A stretch of 64,000 nt of DNA from Harriotta raleighana (lineage: Eukaryota). The stretch lies in contig JBNZDD010013623.1 in the NCBI GenBank assembly GCA_050575255.1, positions 2,901,912-2,965,911 on the forward strand, read 5' to 3'. This document shows, piece after piece, positions 26,609 to 39,975 of the stretch. Position 1 is the stretch's first letter. Each line of letters begins with the position of its first letter. The position numbers and the translations under genes are program-made. Under the pieces are notes generated by a model. It was not told the DNA's origin, made no database searches, and saw only the letters and a program-made list of their open reading frames with translations.

Positions 26609-26912
26609 TGAAGTCCTGTAGCTCAGTTGTTAGAGCACTTGCCTTGCAAGCAAGAGACCTGGGTTTGATTCCAGATAGGGCGTAACCTTGGGCAAGTTTC
26701 CTTACTCCATACGGCTGATAATAATTCCCCCTCAAAAAAATCAATAAGAAATTGATCATCTCAATTCAAATCTGTTTGTGACTGTGCACAATTGGCTACC
26801 ACATTTTGCCCACAAAATACAGTCAATTCACTTTACAGTATATTCTGTGAAGCGTTTTGAGACTCTAGAAGATGTGAAAAGTGCTATATCAAATGCAAAG
26901 ATTATTATTATA
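26609..26912 (+). mobile_element. Deu SINE, full length
   Basis: Same consensus. Confidence 0.85.
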
Positions 26913-27909
26913 TCAAATGCAAGCATTATTATTTTCATTATAAAACGGATAAAATGTTGGCAAAAAGCAACGCAAGTAAAATGATTGTTGGATTTTTGAA
27001 ACACCAATATCAGTGCCACTCATCAAACCCAATAAAGGCAAGTCAAAGCACCCACTCATTCACCAAAATGTACTTCACAAGTATCATTTAATTGCCCCTA
27101 CTTCATCTGCGGTCACAGTATCCTCTTTCTTGCTTATGAATTCCCCTCTCTTTGTAAAATTCATAAAAGTTCAAATCCACTTCTGAAAGAGCTCACTTTC
27201 CCTTTAGTGCAGATGGGAGTGGAGGGAAACATCTCTTTGTGTGTGGTTGCGGGTGGAGGCAGGGGTTGAGAGAAGACAGGAGGAAGGGAACATAGACAAT
27301 TTGCAGTATGTGCTCTGCTTCAAGTCCCCATTCTGGAATTGTGACTTGCCGTTCTTCTGAATTAGGGATGAACGAGGGCTCATTTAGAAAAACTTTTTGT
27401 CTCTTGGGCTGGAGGACTGCTTGTTCAACAATTGAGCTGTTATTCTGGTCTGATTCATCAATGAGGTGCTGGGAGGAGATTAGCTGCATTTTTGGTGAGT
27501 CAACCCGACATCAAAAGGTCAAAATGTTTGCGTAGTCACTACACTTAGTAATTTACTATAAAAACAATGAGTTATTGGACTTAGAAAGTATGTGAGCCAA
27601 GCAAGTCAGCATGTGGGAACAGGTACATGGCTGACTTGTCCTGTTTTCCTCCCAGCAGTCAGAAAGTAACTCATTTCGAATATCCATTTAGGAGAGAAGC
27701 TCTGTGATTCAATGAGTCATGGGCAAAAGAACCCCCCACTCGTACATCACACTGTAGTAATGCACAGCACAACTAAACTAAATGTTTAGATCAATTCTGG
27801 GAAGAAAAGTCACAGGAAGGGCTCAGATGAAGAAGGTCTTTCGACTTGTGTAGCCTCAACCTTCCTTCCGACATTTCTCCCACTATAGCTGTAAAATTGA
27901 TAAGCTCCA

Positions 27910-30750
27910 AAGGAACATAGGAACAGGAGTAGGTCATTCAGCTCTTCGAGCTTGCTCCGACATTTAATTAGATCATGGCTGTTCTGTAAATCAATTAATC
28001 CTTCAATTTTAATTTCTCTCTTTCTCCCCATATCCCTTAATACCCTGACCTACGAAAAATCTGTTAACAACAAAATTGAACATATAGATGGATCCAGCAT
28101 CCACATCCTTTTGGAGGAGAGAATTTCAAATTTCTACCTCCTTTTTAGTGAAAAAATACTTCCTGATTTCATTCTAATTTTAAGTCTATTCACCCTTATT
28201 TTGGATACCCCCACCAAAGGAAATAGCTTCTCTGTGTCTATCCTATCAAATCCCTTTATCATCTTAAATACCTCAATCAAATCACCCATCTACCTTCTAA
28301 ACTCAAGGGAAAACAAGTTTATGCAGCCTTTCCTCCTAACCTAACCCTTTTAGGCCTGGTAACATTCTGATGAACCTCCACTGCACTCTCCAGGGCCAAT
28401 ATATCTTTCCTGAGGTGTGGTGCCCAAATGTGAACACAGTACTATAGGTAGTATCAGAATAAGGATCTATAGCTGAAGCATCATTTCTTTCCCCTGTGTA
28501 TTCCAAGCCCCTCGAGATAAAGGCTGAGATTTAATTTTTCCTCTTTGATTACTTATTGCACTTGGGAACTAATTTTTGGTCATACTCAAATCTCTTTGCT
28601 CCTCCTCCATTTTTCTCCATTAAGAAAATATTCTGCTTTAACTTTTCGGTCCATAATGGATGAACTTGGACTTCATTGAACTCCATTTGCCACAGTTTTG
28701 TCCAATCACTTCATCTGTCCAAGTCCGTTTGTAACTTCCTACTCCCATCTACAAAACTTATCAAGCCTCCTATCTTAGTTTTGTCTGGATACTTGGATAC
28801 AAAACATTTTATTCCTTTATGCAAATCATTTATGTATGGTGAATAGCTGAGATCCCAGTACAGATCCACTTATCATATCACACCTTTCAGAGAATATTCC
28901 CTTTACCCCTACTCTTTGTTTCCTGCCTCCCAATCAATTGCCAAGTCACATCACAAGATCACCTCTGACTTCATTCACTTAAATTTTTGATAATAATCTT
29001 TTGTGTGGAACCTTATCAAATGCCTTCTGAAAATCAATATAAATGATATCCATAGAGGCATTCTTATCCACCGTTTTAGTGACCTCCTCAAAAAATTCAA
29101 CTAGATTAGTCAGATGCAACACAAACTAGATTAGTCACAAACCCATGCTGACTCTCTTTGACATCCTCCCTCTGTAAATCTAATNCTACCATCACAAACC
29201 CATGCTGACTCTCTTTGACATCCTCCCTCTGTAAATCTAATTTTGTTATTTTTGTTGTTGTTTGACAAGTGCATATGTGTCCATATATTCAGTCATTCTG
29301 TCCCTGATGATGGATTCCAGTATTTTTCCTACAACTGACATTAAACTGGCAGGTCTATAGTTTCCAGGATTCTCTCTCTCTGAAAAAACAATCACAATCT
29401 AAAGCACACAATTCCCAAATCCAGTGATCTTTGAAAAACTATAAGGAATGCATCTACACTTTACTCCCCTATTTCTTTACACCCTAGGGTGGAGATTTGT
29501 CGATTTTGAATGTCATTATTTTCTCCATTACCTTTTTTTATTTATATTAATTTTATTAAGAAATTCTCTGACTTATTTTTGGGGTTTCCCCGTATGGCTG
29601 GTATTTTGTGCTCCTACTGTAAAAACAGTACCAAAATATTTATTTAACAAGTCAACCATTTCCTTATTTTCCATTATAGTCTCACCTACATCTGTACTTA
29701 ACAGACCTATATTCCCATTGACCTATATTCCCTCTTAATATACTGAAAAAGCTTTTACTGATGGTTTTAATATCCCTTGCAAGTTTTTTTTTCATACTCC
29801 CTTTTCGTTCCTTCTCTTTCAGCTTCATACAATCTCTAACCTCTTTTGTCCACCATGGTTGCATAATTACGTGATTTGAGCATTTGCATTTTAGTGGTAC
29901 AGTATGTACTTATTCGGCAGTGTATCAAATACTTTTTGAATGCTTCCCATTCTTCACCTGCAGGCTTACTCACTACCAATTCAGTCGAGTTTACTGCGGT
30001 CAATGTATTTCTTATGGTTGCATCACAGTTTGCTGTACTTTAAAACCTTAGTTTGAGACTCTCCTTTCTCCCTCTCAAATCTAATGCCAAATTCAATTAT
30101 ATTATGGTCACTATTTGCAAGATATTTCCTTTCACCTAGATTTTTTAGCAAGTTCTGGCTCACTACTCATTACCAAATCCAGTATGGCTCGTTCCCTTCT
30201 TGGTTCTAAAACATGTTGTTAAAAAAAACTATCCTGAATACATTCTAGATAATATACTGTTGCTTTTTCTACCTGAGGTCTCCTGCTTCACCCATTATAA
30301 CCAAGCTTCCCTGATCTCCATATTTATATATTTCCCCACCACATCACAACTCTCCAGAGGTCTGTAGACAACTCCCAACAGAATTTTACCTCTGTTGTTA
30401 TTCCTGAATTCTACCCAGAATGTTTCCGCTATCTGATCACCTTTACTGAAATGTTTCTTTCTCACTGCTGTATTAGTATCTTTGAGCAATATTGCTGCAC
30501 CTCCTCCTTTCCCAATGTCTATCCTTTCTAAAGATCTTATAGCTTATAGGAAGACGTAGCTCGCAGTCTTGTTCAGCTTGTAAGCAAGTCTTTGTAATGG
30601 CTACTACATTGTACCGTTTCAGCTGAACTTGTGCTTCTAACTCACTTGTTTAATTTCTTATGCTACACAAGTTTGTAGACATAACTTTTATTTGGGGTAA
30701 CTGTCCTCAAAATGCCTTTACACCCTGACAATGTTCTTCTGCACTTTTTG
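27910..30750 (-). mobile_element. Degenerate long CR1 LINE (endonuclease to RT to 3' tail)
   Basis: Minus-strand peptides ETFWVE..GVVYRP, QPWWTKEV, DFQKAFDKVPH; 3' tail near 27910; many stops. Confidence 0.85.
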
Positions 30751-31147
30751 GCTGATTCCATTCTCATGTTGCTGTGCTCAAGTGAAGCTCTCGCAAATCT
30801 TCCCCTTTGTATAGGCCTTAAACCAATGCACCCAGTTTTGGCTGGTCAGTAAATTAATTAATCCCCAACAACTGGACTATGATCAACAGCTAATTTACTT
30901 GTTTGCTTGCTTACATATAAGGTTTCCTTTACCTCCACAAAGTTTTCCCATTCTTGCTTCTGATATCTCTAAAGAAGCTGAGGAATTCCCACTCTCACCT
31001 AATTCTCTAACAGGATTTTCACCCTATTCAACTCAGTTCCCTCCTCCCACTGCTGGGTTCTCTGCACTGTTCAATTAGCTAGCCTTGCTCGCTTCAAATA
31101 GCCTTGTGTATCATCTGCTCCAGTTGTAGAACACCCTCTGAGCACCC

Positions 31148-31467
31148 GTGGAGCTCCTGTGGCTTAGTGGTTAGTCTTATAAGCATGAGACCTGTGTTCG
31201 AATCCCGGCAGATCAGGGCGAAACCTTGGGCAAGTTTCCTTACTCCACATGCCTAATAATAATCCCTCCAAAAATACAACAATAATAAAATTGGTCATTT
31301 CAATCCATGACTGTTTGTGGGATGCCGCTGTGTGAAATTGGCTGCCGCATTGTGCCCAGAAATATACAGTCAATTCACTTTACAGTATATTCTGTGAAGC
31401 ACTTTGGGACGTCGATAAGATGTGAAAAGCGCTATATCAAATGCAAGGATTATTATTATTATTATTA
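31148..31467 (+). mobile_element. Deu SINE, full length
   Basis: Same consensus with (tta)n tail. Confidence 0.9.
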
Positions 31468-32177
31468 AAGAAATACTTCCCGTTGACTGCCCTAACCTTG
31501 ACCTTTACAGATAAGCTTGTCAAATCATTTCACAGTATATACTGAACCAATCTGTCCAGCGCCTTGGGACGTCCTCCTGACGTGAAACGCGCTCTATAAG
31601 CGCTTTGAGATGTCTCGAAGAGGTCAGAAAGCACTACAGGTAAACCCCACTTAATGTTGCCCCAGTTAAAGTTCTTACATTGGGAACATGTATTCATTTA
31701 TCATTGTGAAGTTCGCTAGGCAAGTCAGGCCAACAGTGAGAGAGAGAACCAGCCAGTGGAGAGAGAGTCCTGCAGCAAGTGAGTGAGACTGCCTGCGAAT
31801 GAGCGAGCATAATTTGTTTTGAAAATTTTGAAAATTTCAAATGCAAGGAATATTCTTATTATTGCTATTGCTTCTCCCTCCCCCCATCCCACCCAGTCCC
31901 GTCTTTATCTGTCTCCTTATTCCTCTTTTTCCCGCTTTCTTTCTCTGCGATTGATCTGACGATATTCAAAACAGAACAGTTTCAGGTCATCTTTAATAAT
32001 AAGTATAGTACCAATAATAACACTAATCATTGCATTTGATATCGAGCGTTATCACACCACTGAGATGCTTCACAAAATATACTGTAATATGGATTCACTG
32101 TATAATTTGTGGACAAAACCCGCCAGCCAATTGCTCACAGCAGTGTCCCACAAACAGTCTTGGCTTGATTAACCATA

Positions 32178-32754
32178 TTGGAGACCATAATCCGAGACAG
32201 AATAAATCTCTATTTAGAGGAACACAAGATCATTAGAGATAGCCAATATGGATTTGTTAAAGGCAAATCTTGCCTAACCAATCTAATAGAATTTTTTGAA
32301 GAGGTGACTGAGAGGGTTGATGAGGGAAATGCGGTGGATGTTATTTACATGGATTTCAAAAAGGCTTTTGACAAAGTACCGCATAAGAGATTAATAAAAA
32401 TATTAGAGGCCCACGGTATCAAGGGGAAAGTGGCAGTTTGAATTAAGAACTGGCTGAGTGACAGAAAGCAGAGGGTGGTGGTTGATGGGTGTTTCTCGAA
32501 ATGGAAGGAGGTGTGCAGCGGTATTCCCCAGGAATCAGTATTGGGACCACTGCTCTTTCTAGTATATATTAATGATCTGGACTTGGGGATAGAGAGCACT
32601 ATTTCCAAGTTTGCAGATGATACGAAGTTAGGTAGGGTAGTAAATAGTGAGGAGGACTGTTACCAATTGCAAGCAGATATACACAGAATGGTGGAATGGG
32701 CTGACATGTGGCAGATGGATTTCAATGTGGATAAGTGTGAGGTGATACACTTAG
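32178..32754 (+). mobile_element. CR1 LINE RT fragment, relatively young, truncated by an N gap
   Basis: SQYGFVKGKSCLTNLIEFFE..DFKKAFDKVPH..SGIPQESVLGPLLF..KFADDTK. Confidence 0.93.
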
Positions 32755-33247
32755 NNNNNNNNNNNNNNNNNNNNNNNNNNNNNNNNNNNNNNNNNNNNNN
32801 NNNNNNNNNNNNNNNNNNNNNNNNNNNNNNNNNNNNNNNNNNNNNNNNNNNNNNNNNNNNNNNNNNNNNNNNNNNNNNNNNNNNNNNNNNNNNNNNNNNN
32901 NNNNNNNNNNNNNNNNNNNNNNNNNNNNNNNNNNNNNNNNNNNNNNNNNNNNNNNNNNNNNNNNNNNNNNNNNNNNNNNNNNNNNNNNNNNNNNNNNNNN
33001 NNNNNNNNNNNNNNNNNNNNNNNNNNNNNNNNNNNNNNNNNNNNNNNNNNNNNNNNNNNNNNNNNNNNNNNNNNNNNNNNNNNNNNNNNNNNNNNNNNNN
33101 NNNNNNNNNNNNNNNNNNNNNNNNNNNNNNNNNNNNNNNNNNNNNNNNNNNNNNNNNNNNNNNNNNNNNNNNNNNNNNNNNNNNNNNNNNNNNNNNNNNN
33201 NNNNNNNNNNNNNNNNNNNNNNNNNNNNNNNNNNNNNNNNNNNNNNN
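32755..33247. other. Assembly gap (N run); further gaps at 36027-36063 and 51294-51439
   Basis: N characters. Confidence 1.
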
Positions 33248-34914
33248 TATGATTTTGAAGGGATTACAGTATTATCCTAATTTTCTAGATAAGAGCACTT
33301 TCCTTCTTGAAGCAGTAGAAAACCATCCAGACTAATCTGTGTTGAGTAAAAGGGGGAGAGGTGGCAGGTGGGGATGTTCTTCTGAACTCAAATGAATTAC
33401 TGTAGTATCTGCTGGACTTGAAACCATTGATTCACCATTGTGTATTGCAATGCACAAACTAGCCTGCTACTTTGTGGTGAGTTTAAATCATTACAGATGA
33501 CATGAGTAGCTCCAACTACATGCACACAGATGTCATTTCTGAAGGACAGGCAGTTTGAAATTAAACCAAAACTCATCAACCCATGACGATTTGTGGGTCA
33601 CTGCTGTGCGCAATTGGGCTACCACAATTTGCCCACAAAATACACAGTAATTTACTTTACAGTATATTCTGTGAAGTGTTTTGAGACATTTCGAAGGCGT
33701 GATAAGGCGCTATATCAGATGCAAGAATTCTTCTTGTTATTATCTTATTACAACAGCCAGTTTTCTGCTCCTCACCAAGGTGGGTTGATTTTGACCTTAC
33801 TTTTTTTTACTGTTTGCCCTGAAAGCTACACTGCCTCATACGAATACATTGACCCACAGCGATGCAACTTCAATGGAAAGAGTGTTTCAACACAGTTAAG
33901 ATCCCAAACAATTCTCTGTCGCAGGCCTTGACCTTGTGTAACCCAGTCTGCTTCACATCTTGTGATTTATGCAGCTGCTTCCCCTAGATCCTATTAATTT
34001 GGTGTAACTGCTGTACGGGTGCTGCCAGAAAAAGTAACTTCCTGTTTTGTAGCAGAACCAACATTCATCCTGTCTTATCCTTCTTTGAAATATCAGCAAA
34101 CATCTTTATCCCATTGCACGGGAGAAGGAGGAGGAGTGGGAGAGATTAGGTACAGAATTAGTTCTAAAGGTGGAAGACAGAAAGAAATATAACTTTTCAC
34201 CCAGGTCAATGGTGTCTTTTATCAGATGGGATTTCTAAACATCACATGTAATTTCTAAACATCAACGGGCAAGCCTTTAGCCACTGAGCCTCCAACCTGT
34301 GAAACTCCATCCTGCAGTCCCTCCGCCTTGCCCCCTCCCTGGCCTTGTTCAAGTCCTGTCTCAAGATCCTCCTCTTTGACGGACCCATAGGTCCGTCAAA
34401 TCCTGCATTTTCCTCCACCCTCCCTGTTCCCAGCTAGGATCTGAAACAATGACTGTTATCAAGTTACCAACTCACCAACCAGTGAAAATCATTTCTCCCT
34501 ATGGACTCTCACTATTTTTAAGCTTCTGAAGTGGGGACCCCCTCCCCCCACCAAAATAATGCACACATCTTAATTTTTAACACAATTGGTCTTGAGGCAA
34601 AATAAAGTGAGGAATTTCAGGCCTCTACGATGTAAGAGCTGTAGAATGTCTGGGTTAGGTGACATGTACTTGACAATGATTGGTAATGTGTCCTGTTTAG
34701 ATTGACTGTGCAACAAGACCAATCTAGTCACTCCATGATTCACTCATAGTAGCAGGAAGCAAACCTCCTGCATTAGCTTTGTAGCTCACATAGAAACCAC
34801 ATTGCCAATTTACATGTATATAAAGTCTTTCATATTAAGGGAATGTTTTACACTGTGCTATCCACCACCAACCCCATGTCATCAATGTAGGCTTTATTTT
34901 GTGTGTGAGAATCG

Positions 34915-35300
34915 ATTTCAAGATCCTCCTTTTCAAATCCCTCAGGCCCTCGCACTTCCCTACATCTCCAACCGGCTTCCTCCACCACCCCCTCCGCACT
35001 CCACCACCTGCTGCCTCCGCTGGACTGGCTCCGGCCTCCTGTTCGTCCCTTGACCCCTCCGCTCCACCATTGGTAGCCACTACACCCTGAAAATCTGGAA
35101 CTCTCTCCCTCGATCCATCTTCCTTGTTCCCTCCCTCTCCATTTTGAATTCTAATCTAAACAGCTTCTTTTGATCATACTTTCAGTCACCTCCCTCGTCT
35201 TCCTCCTCCCGCTGGCTCGGGATCAGACTCCGTCACTACCAACTGGTCTGAGCCCCTATCCTGTGTGGAGTATCCTATATGTAAGTTGTTGTTGTTGCTT
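34915..35300 (+). mobile_element. L2 LINE 3' end
   Basis: RIDFKILLFKSL; (ttg)n tail. Confidence 0.7.
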
Positions 35301-35454
35301 TTGAACTTTAAGCCATTCTGCCCATATTTGTAATCATTTCTTCCCCTATCCCAGCCCTCTGGCTCCTATCCCCTGGTTCAGGTGCCCAACCGACAATGCA
35401 AAGGATGTTTGGATGACCTCCTCATGTTTAAATGCTCTCCTGTGTCCTATAACT

Positions 35455-35730
35455 TAATAGTTAGAGCACTTGCCTCACAAGCGAGTGACCTTGGTTCGAT
35501 TTCCGGTAGCTTGAAACCTTGGGCAAGTTTCCTTACTCCAAACGCCTGATAATAATCCTTCAAGAAAAAAAAAATTGGTAACATCAATCCACGACTGTTT
35601 GTGGGATACCGCTATGCACAACTGATGGCTGTGTTCCGCCCACAAAATATACAGTCAATTCACTTTATTCTATATTCTGTGAAGCGCTTTGAGACGTCTA
35701 GAAAATGTTATTGAATGCAAGTATTATTTT
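35455..35730 (+). mobile_element. Deu SINE
   Basis: Same consensus. Confidence 0.82.
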
Positions 35731-36499
35731 ATTTGAAAGGTGTCATATTGCCTGCTATATTGTTTGGGTGGACTTTGGGTGGACTTGTAGACCTGCTATT
35801 TAAAAGAGTTGATATAGTGGAGGGGTTGGCTGGGTGGAGAGGGATTGCAGGAGGTCGCAGAGATTAAATGAAGAATTATGCTTCCTCCTTCACTCCCATC
35901 TTGGGATGGTGATAGGGTGGAGCATCTTATATAGTACGTTGAGTAGTGCAATAAGAAAGCAATCATAATTTGGGATTAGGTTCAATTTAACTGAACAAAG
36001 GTGGTGCTAAAACCCCACACCCATGTNNNNNNNNNNNNNNNNNNNNNNNNNNNNNNNNNNNNNTCCTCCTTCACTCCCAGCTTGGGATGGTGATAGGGTG
36101 GAGCATCTTATATAGTACGTTGAGTAGTGCAATAAGAAAGCAATCATAATTTGGGATTAGGTTCAATTTAACTGAACAAAGGTGGTGCTAAAACCCCACA
36201 CCCATGTAACGCTTTCTAAATTTCCATAAAATTTAACTTCTTGACCCACTGAGCTGTCATGTTGCATGAGATATGGCCCAATTGTTGGGCCCAATGCAGA
36301 GATATGGCCCAATTGTTAGTTGTTTGTGTTTGTTGCCAGAGATACATATTGAAAACCTTGCACCCTGATTATCTTCTGGGGAGCAGTAACTGTCATTTAT
36401 TCCAGACCCACCCATTCTAAGTCAAAGCCTCTTCACTGGTCACTGTCCAAGCCATAAATGCCTCTCACATCAGATCTGTTATAGATCCTTTGATTACTC

Positions 36500-37070
36500 T
36501 GTTCTGCTCCTTTGTTGGTAACCCTTCCTCCATTGCCAGAAATTCCACTCAATTTGGGCTATTAAAGGTATGGTGCACCACTCCATCCTCTTACACTGCC
36601 TCTCTTCCCACCTCAACCTGTAAGGTTCGGTCCTTGAATGGTTCAGGTCTTATCTCTCAATGGTTTCTCTTACAGCCCCCACACCATCGCATGCAATGCT
36701 CCTTAGGGCTTTGTCATTGCTCTTCTGCTCTTCAACCTCTACATACTTCCTCTTGGTGTCATCATCTGCAGACATGGGGTCAATTTCCACATGTACGTGG
36801 ATGACACCCAATTGTAACTCTCTGTCTCCTCCCTAGATTCCTGGACAATTGACATCCTGCCTGTCAGAGATCAAGTCCCGGATACAGCCAACTTTCTACA
36901 GCTCAATGTCGGCAAGACCGAGACCCTCCTGATTGGCTCATGCCTGAGCCTCCGCACCTCAGACACTGGCAGCATCACCATCCACGGGTGCACATTCCAC
37001 CTAATGAAACTAGTCAAGAACCTGGGCATCTTGTTCAACCCTCAACTATCCTTTCTCCCCCTTATCTGTT
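36500..37070 (+). mobile_element. L2 LINE RT fragment
   Basis: [25 protein letters not shown]-like peptides. Confidence 0.75.
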
Positions 37071-37374
37071 CCTGTAGCTCAGTTAGAGCCTTACAAGCGT
37101 AAGACCTGTGTTTGAATCCAGGTAGATCAGGATGAAACATTGGGTAAGTTTCCTTACTCCACATGACTAATAATAACCTATCCAAAAAAACACAATAATA
37201 AAACTTGGTAATTTTCAATCCACGACTGTTTGTGGGACACGGCTATGTGCAATTGGCTGCTGCGTTTTGCCCACAAATATACAGTCAATTCACTTTACAG
37301 TATATTCTGTAAAGCGCTTTGAGATATCAATAAGATGTGAAAAGCGCTATATCAAATGCAAGGATTATTATTAT
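37070..37374 (+). mobile_element. Deu SINE
   Basis: Same consensus. Confidence 0.85.
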
Positions 37375-39975
37375 AGTGCTATTTTTACTTGCCAGCCTCC
37401 AAGTGTTACCACAGTGAAAAATGTTAACCTGATATCTATTTTAGGTTATAATTCATGAATGATACACAAAATATTCCCATGTCACTCCCAGTTGCAAGAT
37501 CTTTCCAATAAGGTGTAAATCAGGTCGCTATTTGGTTAATGAGGTCCTTCTTGAACTGCACACAGACAGACATTGTGGTTTTATTAGTATAGATTTTCCA
37601 GCAGTTTTATATTTGAAGAGAACAGCCGGTGAGAGTGACAGGGTGTACACACAGCAACTCATTTATGTTTAACCTAAATTGCCTTTGTTGCTCGATCAAA
37701 GTCCACAATATATGTGCGTCAGACAGTTGCTATGTTCCAAACCCTACTTTCTGTGTGTCTATAGGTGTGTATGTGTCAGGAAAAGGATGAGGGGAAAGCA
37801 GTGAATGTATCAGAGCTCCAAATTGCATACTGATATTTGTGCTCCATTCCCACAAAGGATGGGCTTTGGGATCAATCTCCCATCAGTTACAGAGAGGAAG
37901 AAGACATATTGTGGAAACATTACACTGTGCAGCTAGCTCTGTACCCACTCCTACCTCCCCTCTGGATCTGATATCTGTTGCGAAGGTATTTCTAACCTTT
38001 ATGTGGAGCTGGAGAGCTAGATAAACATCTAAAAGGCAGTTAACTAAAGGGACAGTTAAATAGGACTAATAGGATTGGTCTTACCTGAATTATCACAGAC
38101 ACAATATGTATCACAGACACAAATGGCCTTCTTCTGCGCTGCAAATTTCTATAGCTCTTTGGATAATGATATTCTATTTACTTAAAGGCTTGTACATCGG
38201 CAGTTATTTTGGCACATGTATATCTTACACGCAATGCCTGCGTGTTGGCTACGGAAATCAGGACACATATAGGGCAGTAGAGTCACACATAAATTTATTA
38301 CTTGACAAGCAGGCATGTCAAACAAGATCATTCTATTGCACATGGTTTTCAAAAAAAATCATTTACTGTAATAACAGGCAGCTGAATGGTTAGTAATGGT
38401 TGAAAACTAGCTTCAATTTTAAAGAGAATGAGGAGCAAAACCTAATGGCTACTTAATTGTGCCTTAGGGAATTCAAAAATACTATATAAAACATGTTCTG
38501 TGATGAGCCAAGGCATTTGAAAGGACCAGTTCCATTCTCCCAGTGACAGATCCAGTGGCTTAGCACAAGGTTTTATTTCCAGAAAACTTCCAATTGCCAA
38601 CCGTTTCTGTGTTAAAGGAACTGTTCCTATTATAAAGTCTTTTTGGTTTGTCGAACACTGTTATTCACTGGATACCAAGCACCAGTTCCCTTTGAGTGAT
38701 CCTTCCCATTAACAAGGTGATTGTGAATTGGGAACAAACTCAAGGAATATCTTAGGAATCAAATGAAGTTACAGTTGTTAGCACTTTGGTTTGAATGACC
38801 TCGTGGGTCAACGGCAAGAAGCACATTGGGATTTTGCCCAGTTGTCCATTTGAGATACGTTAAAGGAATCTAATCCAAAAAAACAGTGCTAGTCCTGTTA
38901 GCAGTGAAATCAAAGGGCATTTATTTACTGAGAGAGTTGTAGGCTATTGAAATTAGGACTGCTAATGCAGAGCCATTCGGAATGTTCAAGGGTGAAGCAG
39001 ACAACCACTTGTAGACAAGTATTCACGTACTTGGCTCATTAGGGTATCAAAGAGTTAGCAGAAAAGGCAGGCAAATTGAATTACTCAGCCACAGACAAGG
39101 CCAGAAGACCACCTATGCCAACTCAAATTTCTTCATAAGAAATACTGGAAATTAGACTGCATTAACATGCATATGATCACCTTTGAGCCATACATGTTTT
39201 GGTGCAAGTGCATTACAGGTCAGAAGTAGGTAACAGAATAGTTACCTTAATATCAATTGTGAGAAACATTGTGCATCAGGGCTAGACTTTCTTCACTGTC
39301 GCATACAGGTGTAGAAATATTCATGCCTTGCTGTAAATCCTTACAGCCACTAATCCTTACTCCATGTTCGAGAGACATGGATTCGAGAGATTCCTTGGAT
39401 TCAGTTTACATGGTTGTTTAGGGGCAAAGTGGACTTAGCTAGCGATATTTACGTCTGCCTCGATGTTTTCATTGGGACTCTGCTGTGTGTAATTGGCTGT
39501 CACATTTTGCCCACACATATAATCAATTCACTTTACAATATATTCCCGTGAAGCAATTTGAGATGCCTAGAAATCACGAAAAGTGCTATTTCAAATGCAA
39601 GGATTATTATTACTATTACTTTTGTACTCAATTGGCTGCGACATTTCATCCTACAAAATACACAGTCAATGCACTTTATAGTATATTCTGTTAAGGGCTT
39701 TCAGATGTCGCTATAACAAATGCAAGGATTATTATTGCCTTTGAAACTTATTTTTCAATGAAAATGGGCATAGCTTTAAAGTGAATGCAGATCAATATGA
39801 TGTATAACGGTAAATCATGCCTGTGGGCAAACACACAGAGACACACACTTGGCAAACAGGTTGGTACACCTGATCCCAGAGGAAAGGATAGCTCAAAGCG
39901 TGCGTCCATTTCTTTCATAAAATATAAAGAGTGATTTCTGATTTCTATTTGTTGAGTGCAGTCTTTGACAACACC

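Larger units (their letters stand above)
18140..38870 (-). pseudogene. Putative decayed multi-exon cadherin-repeat pseudogene (segments near 18140-18380, 18545-19160, 21010-21240, 22470-22655, 24282-24485, 26390-26499, 27290-27490, 33397-33540, 33800-34100, 37440-37555, 38600-38860)
   Basis: Degenerate cadherin-like peptides, all on the minus strand, several preceded by pyrimidine-AG: YHSTVCENPPQG, LHVPED, QNNSPIY, KFHVNHKTVILCL, ITLSK..VKYSECEPPGKSSS..VPKF, YILDHWDNGLFHI, NEPSFIP..VTIPE, VICNDLNS..LQY..WFQV, QTGLHKVKACDRE, PNSDLIYTLL; interrupted by stops and frameshifts. Confidence 0.45.

Noticed and set aside
29130-29242. Short tandem duplication around N at 29185
   Set aside because: Assembly junction artefact.
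31148-31220. tRNA-like sequences (also at 4267, 20432, 26609, 61110-61186)
   Set aside because: These are SINE heads followed by the Deu core, not tRNA genes.
32475-33335. 286-aa ORF
   Set aside because: CR1 RT fragment artificially extended through an N gap.
35883-36206. About 143-bp direct repeat flanking an N gap
   Set aside because: Near-identical copies on either side of a gap indicate an unmerged overlap or haplotype artefact.
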